Shown: positions 38,403 to 48,870, counted from the stretch's first letter. The stretch is 64,000 nt of DNA from Bacteroides fragilis (GCA_963630775.1 CAVGNU010000004.1:859-64858), one strand, 5' to 3'. Numbers and translations: made by a program. The notes: generated by a model not told the origin, from the letters alone.

Positions 38403-38429
38403 TATTTTTGTATTATACATAGAACAATC

Positions 38430-39167
38430 ATGAGTGATATAGGCATTATTCCGTTATTTAATCAAGATGCGGCCATTTGGGACGATTTTTTGTCTGTACG
38501 TTGTGCGGCGATTTGCGGTGCATATAACCAGAAATTATCACCGGATGAATGCAGGGCTGCGTTAAAAGGGCTGGAATCTGCGTGGCGTCGTCGCAAGCAT
38601 AACTTTGCATATGCCGCATACGATAATGCCGATATGATTGGCTTTGTCCAAGGGGATTGTATGTCAGGCATTGCAACGGTTCGCGGTCTGTATGTCCGCC
38701 CAGAATATCAAAAATTGGGCATTGGGCATAAATTGTTACAGAACGCCGAACGCACCGCGCGATTTGGTGCGCATTCAATGGATTTAATAGCACTGCTGGG
38801 TGCAGTTGATTTCTATAAAAAATGCGGCTATACAGCATTGTGCTTTAATGGTACTGCATCAAATCATTTTGCAAAATGTGCACCAGATTTACCGCATTGT
38901 GGGGTTTTGCCACTATTTTGCGCGACAGCGCCAGTGAAAAACGCGTGCAGCAGAATTGCGCATGATAATAACGCGATATTCAAACCCGCAGATATAAATA
39001 AAATGCATATGCCAGCATACGTGTACTTGGACGTGGCGGGTGACATACAGGCATACGGTATCAATGATAACATACTTGGGGGCGCACATCAACCTGTGGC
39101 ATTTATCGCCAAACGGATGCACCGCGTATTCCAAGAATTTAACACGAAATTGGCCAAGACCAGATAG
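38430..39167 (+). CDS. GNAT-family N-acetyltransferase with ~100-aa C-terminal extension
   Basis: Acetyl-CoA-binding motif LYVRPEYQKLGIGHKLLQNAE; the C-terminal ~100 aa is unassigned. Confidence 0.72.
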   Translation: MSDIGIIPLFNQDAAIWDDFLSVRCAAICGAYNQKLSPDECRAALKGLESAWRRRKHNFAYAAYDNADMIGFVQGDCMSGIATVRGLYVRPEYQKLGIGHKLLQNAERTARFGAHSMDLIALLGAVDFYKKCGYTALCFNGTASNHFAKCAPDLPHCGVLPLFCATAPVKNACSRIAHDNNAIFKPADINKMHMPAYVYLDVAGDIQAYGINDNILGGAHQPVAFIAKRMHRVFQEFNTKLAKTR

Positions 39168-39188
39168 CGTCGATGGGGGAATTTAATT

Positions 39189-40061
39189 ATGCCACGTGCA
39201 AAGAATACTAGTTTTGGGACATTGGATATACCGCTGTCGTGCAGTATATTCTTGGAACCAGCATTACAGAAATATGACCGCTATATCGCGCCGATTTCGC
39301 CAGCAACAAAACAGTTTGTGCATGAATGGAATCGCGCGTTGATGTCAACCGTGCGTCGTCCTGAATTTAAGTCGCTGTTAGGCGAACTGGGCCAGAAAAT
39401 TATTTCCAAAACGATTGCGTCCGAAGCGTTTCCGGCGAACTGTGTTGATCGCGCCAAAGATGTTCCACTGCAATCATTGCACTATGCAATTCGTTTTTCG
39501 GAAAGTATTAAATTCTTGTCCGAAAAAATCGGCAAATCGGCGGACGGAATAAAGTTTGTGGATTTAGGGTGTGGCCTGTCGCCGATGGCATCATCGATCC
39601 AGCATGAATATAATCTGGACACGGCATATTGCATTGATATGCCCGAAATTATCGACGTGTACGGTACTGTCGCGCATCAGGTTGGTGTTCACATTCCGCA
39701 CAGTATTGATTGGTCCGCGGCGGAACAACTGGCCCAAAATGGCAAACTGGATACAATCGTTGCCATGGGCGTATTGCCATACATCCAGATTGATGAACAG
39801 GTTCGCCGCCTGAACTTTATCAATAAGTATTTCCTGAATTTTATGTTGGAAATAAAATATAACGCCAGTGCGACATCCGCCGGTTCAAATGTCTTTACAG
39901 CCGCGCGCCTGCAAAAACTGCGCATGGAAACCGCAAACGCACACACATTGGAAACCAAGATGATTGAAAATTCATTGCGTTACCTGCGCCAATTTATGTG
40001 CGCAATGCCGGACAAGCGTTATTTCTTGGAATCAAACCGCAGTTTGTTTTTGTCACGATAA
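39189..40061 (+). CDS. Hypothetical protein, possible class I SAM-dependent methyltransferase
   Basis: Only a motif-I-like FVDLGCGLSP and a later IVAMGVLPYI were seen; the assignment is weak. Confidence 0.45.
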   Translation: MPRAKNTSFGTLDIPLSCSIFLEPALQKYDRYIAPISPATKQFVHEWNRALMSTVRRPEFKSLLGELGQKIISKTIASEAFPANCVDRAKDVPLQSLHYAIRFSESIKFLSEKIGKSADGIKFVDLGCGLSPMASSIQHEYNLDTAYCIDMPEIIDVYGTVAHQVGVHIPHSIDWSAAEQLAQNGKLDTIVAMGVLPYIQIDEQVRRLNFINKYFLNFMLEIKYNASATSAGSNVFTAARLQKLRMETANAHTLETKMIENSLRYLRQFMCAMPDKRYFLESNRSLFLSR

Positions 40062-40063
40062 TA

Positions 40064-40089
40064 AAAAACGCCCGTGTGGGCGTTTTTTT
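40064..40089. terminator. Bidirectional terminator
   Basis: aaaaaacgccc-gtgt-gggcgttttttt hairpin between convergent genes. Confidence 0.7.
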
Positions 40090-41350
40090 ATAACTGAATA
40101 AACATATCGGGCTTTTCGGCCAGACGCGTCATCGCGTCATCAACGGTCTTGCGATATTCCAAGAATTTCTTCTTGTCCGCCGCGCCCAGATTGCTGATTG
40201 CGGGCAATTTGACCGTCATAGGATTCACGTGCGCACCATTTTTGATAATTTCATAGTGCAAATGTGGGCCAGTCGACAGGCCGGTTGACCCAACATAACC
40301 AATCGTTTGCCCCTGACGCACGGTTGTGCCAACAACAACGCCCTTGGCAAATTTGGACATGTGCGCATACAGTGTTTCGTATGACCCGTTGTGACGGATT
40401 TTTACATAGTTGCCGTGCCCACGGTTGTACCCGCGTGCAACAACGCGACCCGCACCCGCGGCCGGAATTGGCGTGCCGGTTGATGCGCGGAAATCAACAC
40501 CCTTGTGCGCACGGGTGTACCCCAATACGGGGTGCTTGCGCCGACCGGAAAAACTGCTGGTGATTTTGGCATTGTTGATGGGGGTGCGCTTTAATGATTT
40601 GATTGCGCCATTGCCATCTTCGTCATAGTAACCTGATGTCCCATCGGCCTTGCGGAAACGGTACATTTTGACGTTGCCACGCAGGGCCTCGAACTGGACG
40701 GCTAAAACGCGACCATTATCGATTTTTTGCCCGTTAGAAAAGTTTTCTTCATACAAGACCGAGAATGTCTGGCCTGCGCGCACGTCACGTTCAAAGTCCA
40801 TTTCAAACGCCAACAAATCATACACATCGGCCAAAACGCCAGCCGGAATCCCCGCGCGCATACCCGCCAAATAAAAACTGTCGCCGTCGGTTATTTCACC
40901 GCGCTTGTACACGACACGTGTGTCGCGTTCAATGTCGACGGTTTTTGCAACCCATGCGCCATCATCGCCACATGTCAATTCAATCTGACGCCATGGAGAC
41001 GGAATAACAACGATTTTTGATACAGGCGCGCCTTGGGTGGTGCGGACAAATTCAATCTTGTCATTGTCGGCGCGCAGTGTTGTCAATGCCGCATCCGATT
41101 TCAACACGCGTGCGATTGCATCAACATCATTGTGGGTCAAACCCTGATTTATCAATAACTTAGACAAAGTGTCACCAGATGCAACGGCCACAACATCGCG
41201 GCATTCTGCCGGACGCGATTTGATAATTGGGCGGCCACTGATATGGCTGGCGATGACGACGATTACTGCCACAACAACCAGAATTGCAGCCAACGCCACA
41301 ATCAGTTTCGACAGCGTGTTTGGGTTCAGAATATCTTTTGCTTTTTTCAT
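40088..41350 (-). CDS. M23-family murein endopeptidase with N-terminal membrane anchor
   Basis: From ATG 41350 the translation is MKKAKDIL... followed by a TM helix. M23 motifs: HKGVDFRASTGTPI, GNYVKIRH, GSTGLSTGPHLHYEI. Confidence 0.88.
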   Translation of the reverse strand: MKKAKDILNPNTLSKLIVALAAILVVVAVIVVIASHISGRPIIKSRPAECRDVVAVASGDTLSKLLINQGLTHNDVDAIARVLKSDAALTTLRADNDKIEFVRTTQGAPVSKIVVIPSPWRQIELTCGDDGAWVAKTVDIERDTRVVYKRGEITDGDSFYLAGMRAGIPAGVLADVYDLLAFEMDFERDVRAGQTFSVLYEENFSNGQKIDNGRVLAVQFEALRGNVKMYRFRKADGTSGYYDEDGNGAIKSLKRTPINNAKITSSFSGRRKHPVLGYTRAHKGVDFRASTGTPIPAAGAGRVVARGYNRGHGNYVKIRHNGSYETLYAHMSKFAKGVVVGTTVRQGQTIGYVGSTGLSTGPHLHYEIIKNGAHVNPMTVKLPAISNLGAADKKKFLEYRKTVDDAMTRLAEKPDMFIQL

Positions 41351-41371
41351 AGATGCGATTATAATTAACTT

Positions 41372-42148
41372 ATGAAAATAAATCAAGCGTTCACAATCCT
41401 GCAAAATGCTGGCGGCATTCGGGCGGCACGCGTTCTCACTGAAAACACTAAAAATTTATCGCGTTTTCGTGTGTGGTGTTACGCGCGCGCATTACGTCGG
41501 GGGGTGCCAGTTGCCAAAATTATCAGGCAAAAATGGTTCTATGGCCTGAAATTTCACACAAATCGTTATACACTGGATCCACGTCCAGATACCGAAACGC
41601 TGGTCGCGGCGGTTGTTGCGGATTGCGGGAACGCTACTGTGCCAAACATTCTGGATTTGGGTACGGGCACGGGGTGCATTATTGGCGCATTGGTGACAAA
41701 TATTCACGGCGCACACGGCACGGCAATTGATGTATCGCGTGGTGCGGTGCGTGTGGCGCGCGGCAATATGTACACGTTGGGATTGCGCGACCGTGTGGTG
41801 GTGTTGCGTCGCAGTTTTAACAACCCACGTGCCGCGGCGGCAAATGCATTTGATATCATTGTTTCAAACCCACCATATATTGCGGTGGGTGATGCGCGTG
41901 TTGATGCGGGTGCATCGCACGATCCGCGTATTGCATTGTATGCCAAAGATAATGGATTGGCGGCGTACAGCGTGATTGCAAAAAATGCAAAAAACTGGTT
42001 GCGCCGTGGCGGCAAAATATACCTAGAAATTGGTGCAGATCAGGGCATCGCCGTCCGTGATATATTTACCCGCGCTGGTTGGGATTTTAGCCGCGCCGAA
42101 TGCGATTTGGCGGGCATTGAACGCGTATTGGTCTTTACAATCGGGTAA
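41372..42148 (+). CDS. prmC: Release-factor glutamine N5-methyltransferase (PrmC/HemK)
   Basis: SAM motif DLGTGTGCI and NPPY motif IVSNPPYI. Confidence 0.88.
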   Translation: MKINQAFTILQNAGGIRAARVLTENTKNLSRFRVWCYARALRRGVPVAKIIRQKWFYGLKFHTNRYTLDPRPDTETLVAAVVADCGNATVPNILDLGTGTGCIIGALVTNIHGAHGTAIDVSRGAVRVARGNMYTLGLRDRVVVLRRSFNNPRAAAANAFDIIVSNPPYIAVGDARVDAGASHDPRIALYAKDNGLAAYSVIAKNAKNWLRRGGKIYLEIGADQGIAVRDIFTRAGWDFSRAECDLAGIERVLVFTIG

Positions 42149-42844
42149 TTATTTGCAACCGCAATCGCCATCGCAGTGGTGACAGCAACAGTGATGCTCG
42201 CATCCACCAAAGTAAGGGTTGGACTTTTTCAAGATATCAATCGTTGAATCAATCCCGTGCCCATGCACAACATACGTTTCATCGGGCAGGTTCATATTTT
42301 TTATTTTCTCAATCGTGTCGCACAGGGCGCGTTCATCGCCCGTCGGCAAATCACAGCGTCCGCACCCATCGCGGAACAACGTATCGCCCGCCAGAAAAAC
42401 GCCAAAGTCCGGAAAATAAAACACCATGCCACCGGCGGAATGCCCTGGGGCCGATGTCGCAATCATTTTGACATCTGGTAAAACTTTATACATGCCATCG
42501 GTTAAATCCAGCGGTTGCTTGAAATCATCGGGGATTTGCGGCATATCAAAGAATTTCAGCAACATATTACCCCATGTAATCAACCCCAAATCACGGTGGT
42601 TCATGTACCACGGAATATCATAATGCATTGCCAATTCAGGCGTGGCGGAAATATGGTCACTGTGTCCGTGTGTTGCATAAATTGCGCGCAATTTTAACCC
42701 GCGCCCATCCAACAATTTTATCCAATCGTCGGCACGTCCCCATGCGTCAAAAATCACAGCATCCGTGCCACGCGCCACCAGCACAGAATTTGTGTTTTCC
42801 GGTGGCATATGAATGATTTCAAAGCGTACGTTGTTATTTTGCAT
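42149..42844 (-). CDS. MBL-fold metallo-hydrolase with Cys/His-rich C-terminal tail
   Basis: ATHGHSDH motif and later HGHG. The tail is GGCEHHCCCHHCDGDCGCK. ATG 42844 overlaps the ftsH stop by 11 nt; the track start at 42916 lies inside ftsH. Confidence 0.85.
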   Translation of the reverse strand: MQNNNVRFEIIHMPPENTNSVLVARGTDAVIFDAWGRADDWIKLLDGRGLKLRAIYATHGHSDHISATPELAMHYDIPWYMNHRDLGLITWGNMLLKFFDMPQIPDDFKQPLDLTDGMYKVLPDVKMIATSAPGHSAGGMVFYFPDFGVFLAGDTLFRDGCGRCDLPTGDERALCDTIEKIKNMNLPDETYVVHGHGIDSTIDILKKSNPYFGGCEHHCCCHHCDGDCGCK

Positions 42845-44735
42845 TCTTTTTCGCACGTGGTTTTGTAACCTTTTTCGCGGTCGCTTTTTTACCATAGATG
42901 ATTTCGCGAATTTCATCGCCCGTCAATGTTTCGCGTGTCAACAGTTCGTTTGCCAAACGTTCAACAACCTTTTTATTTTTGACCAATAATTTTGTCGCGT
43001 CTGCATGTGCTGTATCTAACCATGCTTTGATTTCATTGTCGACCAGTTCGGCGGTCTGTTCAGATGCGTTTTCCAGTGCGTTGCTGCGACCAAAGTTTGT
43101 AATTTGTTTTATTGCCACCAAACCAACACGTGATGACAGGCCCGCCGTTGTAATGGAATAGCGTGCCAACCGCGTCGCCATGGCAATATCGCTTTCTGCG
43201 CCAGTGGTGATTTTGTCCGCGCCAAAGAACACTTCTTCGGCACTGCGTCCCGCCAAGGCAATGGACAGGTTTGCGCGAACCTCTGCAATCGTCATGGACA
43301 CCTTGTCATCAATCGGCAGGTGTTGAACCATACCCAACGCGCGTCCTCGTGGCACGATTGTCGCCTTGTGAATCGGGTCAGTAATATCAGAATACATCTG
43401 GCTGACGAATGCGTGTCCGGCCTCGTGATATGCGGTCAATTTAATATCTTCGGGACGCATTTTGCGGGTTTTGCGTGGCCCCATCAGGATTTTATCGCGC
43501 GCCTCTTCAACATCGGTGTGTGCAATCGCCGTGCGACCATTGCGCACCGCGTGCAGGGCGGCCTCGTTCAACAGATTTTCCAAATCTGCGCCCGAAAAAC
43601 CGGTTGTGCCACGTGCGACATCTTGGATATTCACGTCATCGCTAATCTTTATCTTTTTCGCGTACAAATCTAATATTGCGCGACGCCCTGCCAAATCAGG
43701 CAATTCAATATATACCTGACGGTCAAAACGCCCCGGACGCAATAATGCCGAATCCAGCATATCAGGACGATTAGTCGCACCAATCACGATAATGCCAGTG
43801 TCGTTTGCAAAACCGTCCATTTCAATCAACAGTTGGTTTAACGTCTGTTCGCGATCTTGGTCATTATATGAACCAGTGCTGCGACGTTGACCGATTGCAT
43901 CAATTTCATCAATAAACAAGATGCATGGCGCGTTACGCTTTGCCATTTCAAACATTTCTTTGATTTTCGCCACGCCCAGTCCGACAATAATACCAGAAAA
44001 ATCACTGCCAGATGCGGCAAAAAATGGAACGTTTGCTTCGCCCGCGATGGCGCGCGCCAACAATGTTTTACCCGTCCCCGGTTCGCCCGACAGCAACACC
44101 CCGCGTGGCACACGTGCACCAACGGCGGTGAATTTTTCTTTGTTTTTCAGGAAATCCACAACCTCCATCAATTCCTGCTTCTCGGAATCAATGCCCGCCA
44201 CATCGGCAAAGGTTGTCTTGGGTTTGCCCGTGGTGATTTTTGTCGGATTTTGTTGCGCCAGTCCGCGCGTAATGCCGCCCGCGCCGCCACGCATACCACG
44301 GAACAGCCACCACAAGAACAGTAAACTGATTATTATCGGAAACCATGTCCCCAGATATTCCATTGTCCCCTTGGACGCATCAATGGAAATAGATGTCCCG
44401 TTTTCCGCCAATTTTGACAGTAATTCTGGGTCGTATGTAATGGTTGCGGTGTATTTCGTGCCATCTTTCATTGTGCCGGTGGCGTCCGTGCCGTGAATAG
44501 TCATGGTCTGAATATCTTTGCCCCGACGCAGAACGTCTGAAAACGACAGTTCAACCGGTCGTGTCTGGGGTGCATTCATGCCATTTGGCAATATCGTTGA
44601 TGTTGGCACAGTACCCGCGCCCATAAAACCGCGCACGCCCATTGCAATAAACAGCAGGGCGAAAATAATCGCAAATACAGATGCCCCATCACGGCGTGAT
44701 TTACTAAAACTACATTTATTTTGTTGCTTTTCCAT
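42834..44735 (-). CDS. ftsH: ATP-dependent zinc metalloprotease FtsH
   Basis: Walker A GEPGTGKT, an SRH region and the HEAGHA zinc motif. ATG 44735 is preferred over the track's GTG 44762. Confidence 0.95.
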   Translation of the reverse strand: MEKQQNKCSFSKSRRDGASVFAIIFALLFIAMGVRGFMGAGTVPTSTILPNGMNAPQTRPVELSFSDVLRRGKDIQTMTIHGTDATGTMKDGTKYTATITYDPELLSKLAENGTSISIDASKGTMEYLGTWFPIIISLLFLWWLFRGMRGGAGGITRGLAQQNPTKITTGKPKTTFADVAGIDSEKQELMEVVDFLKNKEKFTAVGARVPRGVLLSGEPGTGKTLLARAIAGEANVPFFAASGSDFSGIIVGLGVAKIKEMFEMAKRNAPCILFIDEIDAIGQRRSTGSYNDQDREQTLNQLLIEMDGFANDTGIIVIGATNRPDMLDSALLRPGRFDRQVYIELPDLAGRRAILDLYAKKIKISDDVNIQDVARGTTGFSGADLENLLNEAALHAVRNGRTAIAHTDVEEARDKILMGPRKTRKMRPEDIKLTAYHEAGHAFVSQMYSDITDPIHKATIVPRGRALGMVQHLPIDDKVSMTIAEVRANLSIALAGRSAEEVFFGADKITTGAESDIAMATRLARYSITTAGLSSRVGLVAIKQITNFGRSNALENASEQTAELVDNEIKAWLDTAHADATKLLVKNKKVVERLANELLTRETLTGDEIREIIYGKKATAKKVTKPRAKKNAK

Positions 44736-45687
44736 ATCTTGTCCTAAAACTTGTTTTTGCACCTTCGGGAACGATTAAAATCCGATTGCCCAACCGCCGT
44801 ACGGTACAGTGCCCCAGCGTAAATTTGCAATCGCCACCCAGATAACTTAGTGCGCGACGCAACGAATTCAAGCGCGGCTGATAATTGTCCCCCCCAATTT
44901 GTTGAACCAGCGTTCCGATAAACTTTAACCTAATATTATCGTCTTGGTCAAACAGAAAAGAATCAAGAAACATTGCGCGACGTCCATTTTTTACCATTGC
45001 GACCAAATCTGCGACATTTGTTTCAATCGCATCGCGCGCACGGTTCAGGTTATTGATAGCCAGCAAGATGCGTTCGTCCGAAATACCCAATGCGTCCGCC
45101 ATCAGGTGACGATTCTGGCGGATGCGCACACGGGTGTATTTGGCGTCGCTGTTCATGGCGTCAGTACAATATTTTATATTGTTATCATCACAGTATTGCT
45201 GTAATTCGCGTCGCCATACATTTAACAATGGTCGCACAATTTTTACCCCGTCGCGCATCGTTACAGGGCGCATCGCCGCCAGACCAGACAACCCACTGCC
45301 GCGCCCCAGATTCATCAAAAATGTTTCAATTTGATCATCGGCCTGATGTGCGACCAGTAATGCATCCATATTGTTTTCGCGACAGAAATCTGTCATCATT
45401 TTGTATCGGGCGGTTCGGGCGGCGGCCTCCAACCCTGTGGCGGGCTTGTCCCCCATCCATTCAAACACGTGGCATTCAATTCCGCGCGTGGTGCACAGGT
45501 CTTGGACATATTGGGCCTCGGCCCCTGCAACATCGCGTAGACCGTGGTTCACATGCAATGCGATTGGATGCAGCCCCATATCTGCCAGCCAGCACAGCAA
45601 ACACACGGAATCCACGCCACCACTGACCGCCACCGCCAGTTTTTGGCCTGAAAATTCATTCATAAATTTAATAAATTTTTGATTCAT
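44716..45687 (-). CDS. tilS: tRNA(Ile)-lysidine synthase (short form)
   Basis: PP-loop LAVAVSGGVDSVCLL. At 323 aa it lacks the long C-terminal domain of the E. coli-type enzyme. Confidence 0.85.
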   Translation of the reverse strand: MNQKFIKFMNEFSGQKLAVAVSGGVDSVCLLCWLADMGLHPIALHVNHGLRDVAGAEAQYVQDLCTTRGIECHVFEWMGDKPATGLEAAARTARYKMMTDFCRENNMDALLVAHQADDQIETFLMNLGRGSGLSGLAAMRPVTMRDGVKIVRPLLNVWRRELQQYCDDNNIKYCTDAMNSDAKYTRVRIRQNRHLMADALGISDERILLAINNLNRARDAIETNVADLVAMVKNGRRAMFLDSFLFDQDDNIRLKFIGTLVQQIGGDNYQPRLNSLRRALSYLGGDCKFTLGHCTVRRLGNRILIVPEGAKTSFRTRYGKATK

Positions 45688-45737
45688 TATGGGGACATTT
45701 TATGCTATAATTCGCAAAAATAAAGGGAAAAAGAAAC

Positions 45738-46295
45738 ATGAAACATGAATTGAAATCTATCGCGGTTTACTGCGGTCATGAATTTGGTACAGAAACGGCA
45801 TTTGCGCGTGACGCGACACTGGTTGGCGAAATGTTGGGACGTAATGGTATTCGTATGGTATTTGGTGGTGGCGATGTTGGTCTGATGGGGGCGGTTGCAA
45901 ATGGCGCACTGGCCGCTGGTGGTGATGTCATGGGTGTTTCCACACATAACGTTGTTGCAAAACAAGAACCCGTGCACGCTGGCATTCACGTCCAGGTGGT
46001 TGATGGTGTAAATGAACGCAAACAGCGCATGTATGAACTGTCCGACGCGTTTATCATTCTGCCAGGTGGAATTGGCACACTGAACGAATTGACCGACATT
46101 ATGACAATGCAGCAAATCGGCGAAACAAAAAAGCCATTGTTCTTTTTGAACACGGATAATTTCTGGGCCCCATTTGCGCGCCTGTTTGTCCATATGCAGA
46201 ATTGCGGGTTTATTGAAAACATTCACGATTACGATATTCGTATCGCCAGTACGCCTGCGGATTTGGAATCAGAAATTAAAAATTATCAGAATTGA
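45738..46295 (+). CDS. LOG / TIGR00730-family Rossmann-fold nucleotide-binding protein
   Basis: VFGGGDVGLMG and PGGIGTLNEL motifs. Confidence 0.85.
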   Translation: MKHELKSIAVYCGHEFGTETAFARDATLVGEMLGRNGIRMVFGGGDVGLMGAVANGALAAGGDVMGVSTHNVVAKQEPVHAGIHVQVVDGVNERKQRMYELSDAFIILPGGIGTLNELTDIMTMQQIGETKKPLFFLNTDNFWAPFARLFVHMQNCGFIENIHDYDIRIASTPADLESEIKNYQN

Positions 46296-46519
46296 ATTAC
46301 CTTGTCGCGGGCGGACGCACCGCGAACAATCTGAATGCTGGTTTTTGGCACGCCAAAGTGTGCAGCCAGCATTTTTATTACCGCCGCATTTGCCGCACCA
46401 TCGGCGGGTGCTGCGGTTGTGTGTACGCGCAACGTGCCATCGGGTGCAATTTCCACCCGATTTTGACGTGCACGCGGAATCACGCGAACATTAAAAATCC
46501 GTTTTGAATCGTTCATCAC
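46286..46519 (-). CDS. DUF167 (YggU) family protein
   Basis: 77 aa; the segment RVIPRARQNRVE...L.V...APADGAANAAVIKMLA..FGVPKTSIQIVRGASARDK is typical of YggU. Confidence 0.8.
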   Translation of the reverse strand: MMNDSKRIFNVRVIPRARQNRVEIAPDGTLRVHTTAAPADGAANAAVIKMLAAHFGVPKTSIQIVRGASARDKVIQF

Positions 46520-46838
46520 TCATAATATGCAAATGAAAATGGAACACAGATTGACCCGCGTCCGCGCCAGTATTTGCAATCACGCGGAAATTTCCATTCA
46601 GCCCCAGCGTATCAACGGTTTTGCGCACCGCATCCCAGAATCCGCGCTGTAATTCGGCCGGTGCATTTGCAGTAAAATCGTAAATGTCGGTATATTCACC
46701 ACGCGGAATGACCAGAACGTGTGTCTGGGCACGTGGGCTGATGTCACGGAACGCCAATGCGTATTCGTTGCCATAGACCTGTTTGCATGGGATTTGCCCG
46801 CCCAAGATTTTCGCAAAAACATTGTCTGAATTATACAT
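46491..46838 (-). CDS. HIT-family (histidine triad) protein
   Basis: HFHLHIM histidine triad; N-terminal IFAKILGGQIPC. Confidence 0.88.
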   Translation of the reverse strand: MYNSDNVFAKILGGQIPCKQVYGNEYALAFRDISPRAQTHVLVIPRGEYTDIYDFTANAPAELQRGFWDAVRKTVDTLGLNGNFRVIANTGADAGQSVFHFHLHIMSDERFKTDF

Positions 46839-46895
46839 ATTTTCCCCCTGAATTTATTCCAACAGCATATTATACGATAATTGCAAAATCAAGTA

Positions 46896-46924
46896 TTGAA
46901 ATCGCGTCCGAACGCATTATATAT
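46896..46924 (+). promoter_or_regulatory. Putative groESL promoter
   Basis: TTGAAA (46896-46901), 16 nt, then TATATAT (46918-46924), about 25 nt upstream of groES. No CIRCE inverted repeat is present. Weak, pattern-only call. Confidence 0.3.
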
Positions 46925-46947
46925 ACGTGGAACAAGGAGAATTGAAC

Positions 46948-47235
46948 ATGATGAAACCTTTACATAATTATGTTTTATTGACGCGGTTGGGCGAAGAATC
47001 CAAGACCGCAGGTGGAATAATTATTCCTGATAATGCCAAAGAAAAACCATCACGCGGTCGCGTGGTTGCGGTTGGCGATGGCGCATACGCAGATGGCGCG
47101 CGCGTGCCAATGACCGTGAAAGTTGGCGATACTGTCTTGTTTGCAAAATGGGCATCGTCCGCGAACGAGGTTAAAATTGACGGCACAGATTATGTTTTAA
47201 TCAAAGAATCTGACATTTTGGGAATTTTGGAATAA
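46948..47235 (+). CDS. groES: Co-chaperonin GroES
   Basis: [45 protein letters not shown]; GGAGAA RBS. Confidence 0.95.
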   Translation: MMKPLHNYVLLTRLGEESKTAGGIIIPDNAKEKPSRGRVVAVGDGAYADGARVPMTVKVGDTVLFAKWASSANEVKIDGTDYVLIKESDILGILE

Positions 47236-47250
47236 TCAAAGGACAGAAAT

Positions 47251-48870
47251 ATGGCAAAAAATATTGTTTTTGATACAGATAAACTGGCGGCGGGTGTTGA
47301 TAAATTGGCCAATGCCGTTAAAATCACTATGGGTCCAAAGGGGCGCACGGTAATCATTGAAAAATCATATGGTGCGCCTGTCGCGACCAAGGACGGCGTC
47401 ACCGTGGCCAAGGCCGTATCATTGCAAGACCCCGCGGAAAACATTGGTGCGCGCATGGTTCAGGAAGTTGCGAAGAAGGCCGGCGATGACGCGGGTGACG
47501 GTACAACAACCGCAACTGTTTTGGCGCAAAAGATTATTCGCGAAGGGCGTCGTGTAATCGCCGCTGGTATGAATCCAATGGATGTAAAGCGCGGTATTGA
47601 TATGGCGGTGTCGGCGGTTGTTGCCGATATTGATGCGCACGCACGTCCGGTCAAAGACAGTGCGGAAATCGCACAGGTCGCGACAATTTCTGCAAATTCT
47701 GATCGTGACATCGGCGAAAAAATCGCAAACGCCATGGAAAAGGTTGGTCGCGAAGGCGTAATTACCGTCGAAGAGGCCAAAGGTCTGGACACTGAAATCG
47801 ACGTGGTCGAAGGAATGCAGTTTGACCAAGGGTTCATGTCACCATACTTTGTCACCAACAGTGAGAAGATGCTGGCGGAATTGGACGGCGCACAAATCTT
47901 GGTTTCTGAAAAGAAAATCACCGGTTTGCAGGCCTTGTTGCCAATCCTTGAACCAATCGCACAATCGGGACGTCCATTGTTGATTATCGCCGAAGACGTT
48001 GAATCAGAAGCGTTGGCAACATTGGTGCTGAACCGTCTGCGCGGTGGCCTGAAAGTTTGCGCGGTCAAAGCCCCAGGTTTTGGTGATCGCCGCAAGGAAA
48101 TGCTGAAAGATATCGCCGCGGTCACGGGCGCAACCGTCATTTCGGACGATATGGGCATGACATTTGAAAACATTACCCCTGCGGTTCTGGGCAGTGCGAA
48201 AAAAGTTGTTGTCAGCAAGGATTCAACCCTGATTGCCCAAGGGGGGGGGGATAAATCCGCCATTGATGCACGTGCAGATGAAATCCGCAAACTGTTGACC
48301 ACAACAACATCTGAATATGACCGCGAGAAACTGTCAGAACGTTTGGCGAAATTGGTCGGCGGTGTCGCTGTTATCAAGGTTGGCGGCATGACAGAGGTCG
48401 AGGTTAAAGAAAAGAAAGACCGTGTTGACGATGCTTTGGCGGCGACACGTGCGGCAGTTGCCGACGGCATCGTTGCGGGTGGCGGTATTGCGCTGGTTCG
48501 TGCGGCGGCGGCATTGGCAAACGTCCATGGCGCAAACACAGACCAGAATGTCGGTATTGATATCGTACGTCGTGCAATCGTTGCCCCATGCGCCCAGATT
48601 GCTGAAAACGCGGGCGTATCAGGCGAAATCATCGTGGGCAAGGTTTTGGAATCGTCCGACTATAACTTTGGCTATAACGCCCAGACCGGCGAATACGTTG
48701 ATATGATGGCGGCGGGTATTATTGACCCAGCCAAGGTTGTCAAGACGGCGATTCAGGCGGCTGCATCAACCGCGGGCGCAATCCTGACCACGGGTTGCGT
48801 GATGTCTGAAATCCCCGAAGAAAAACCGGCGGCTCCCGCAATGGGTGGTGGCATGCCCGGAATGATGTAA
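47251..48870 (+). CDS. groEL: Chaperonin GroEL
   Basis: 539 aa; the sequence is canonical throughout ([16 protein letters not shown] tail GGGMPGMM). Confidence 0.97.
   Translation: MAKNIVFDTDKLAAGVDKLANAVKITMGPKGRTVIIEKSYGAPVATKDGVTVAKAVSLQDPAENIGARMVQEVAKKAGDDAGDGTTTATVLAQKIIREGRRVIAAGMNPMDVKRGIDMAVSAVVADIDAHARPVKDSAEIAQVATISANSDRDIGEKIANAMEKVGREGVITVEEAKGLDTEIDVVEGMQFDQGFMSPYFVTNSEKMLAELDGAQILVSEKKITGLQALLPILEPIAQSGRPLLIIAEDVESEALATLVLNRLRGGLKVCAVKAPGFGDRRKEMLKDIAAVTGATVISDDMGMTFENITPAVLGSAKKVVVSKDSTLIAQGGGDKSAIDARADEIRKLLTTTTSEYDREKLSERLAKLVGGVAVIKVGGMTEVEVKEKKDRVDDALAATRAAVADGIVAGGGIALVRAAAALANVHGANTDQNVGIDIVRRAIVAPCAQIAENAGVSGEIIVGKVLESSDYNFGYNAQTGEYVDMMAAGIIDPAKVVKTAIQAAASTAGAILTTGCVMSEIPEEKPAAPAMGGGMPGMM

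Noticed and set aside
46839-46947. CIRCE (TTAGCACTC-N9-GAGTGCTAA) operator upstream of groES
   Set aside because: I searched the whole interval by eye and found no such inverted repeat. Only a weak -35/-10-like pair is present.
47460-48641. 393-aa ORF on the minus strand
   Set aside because: It is entirely antisense to groEL, whose plus-strand identity is unambiguous. The translation is low-complexity (A/S/T/P/R-rich), which is typical of the antisense frame of a highly expressed gene.
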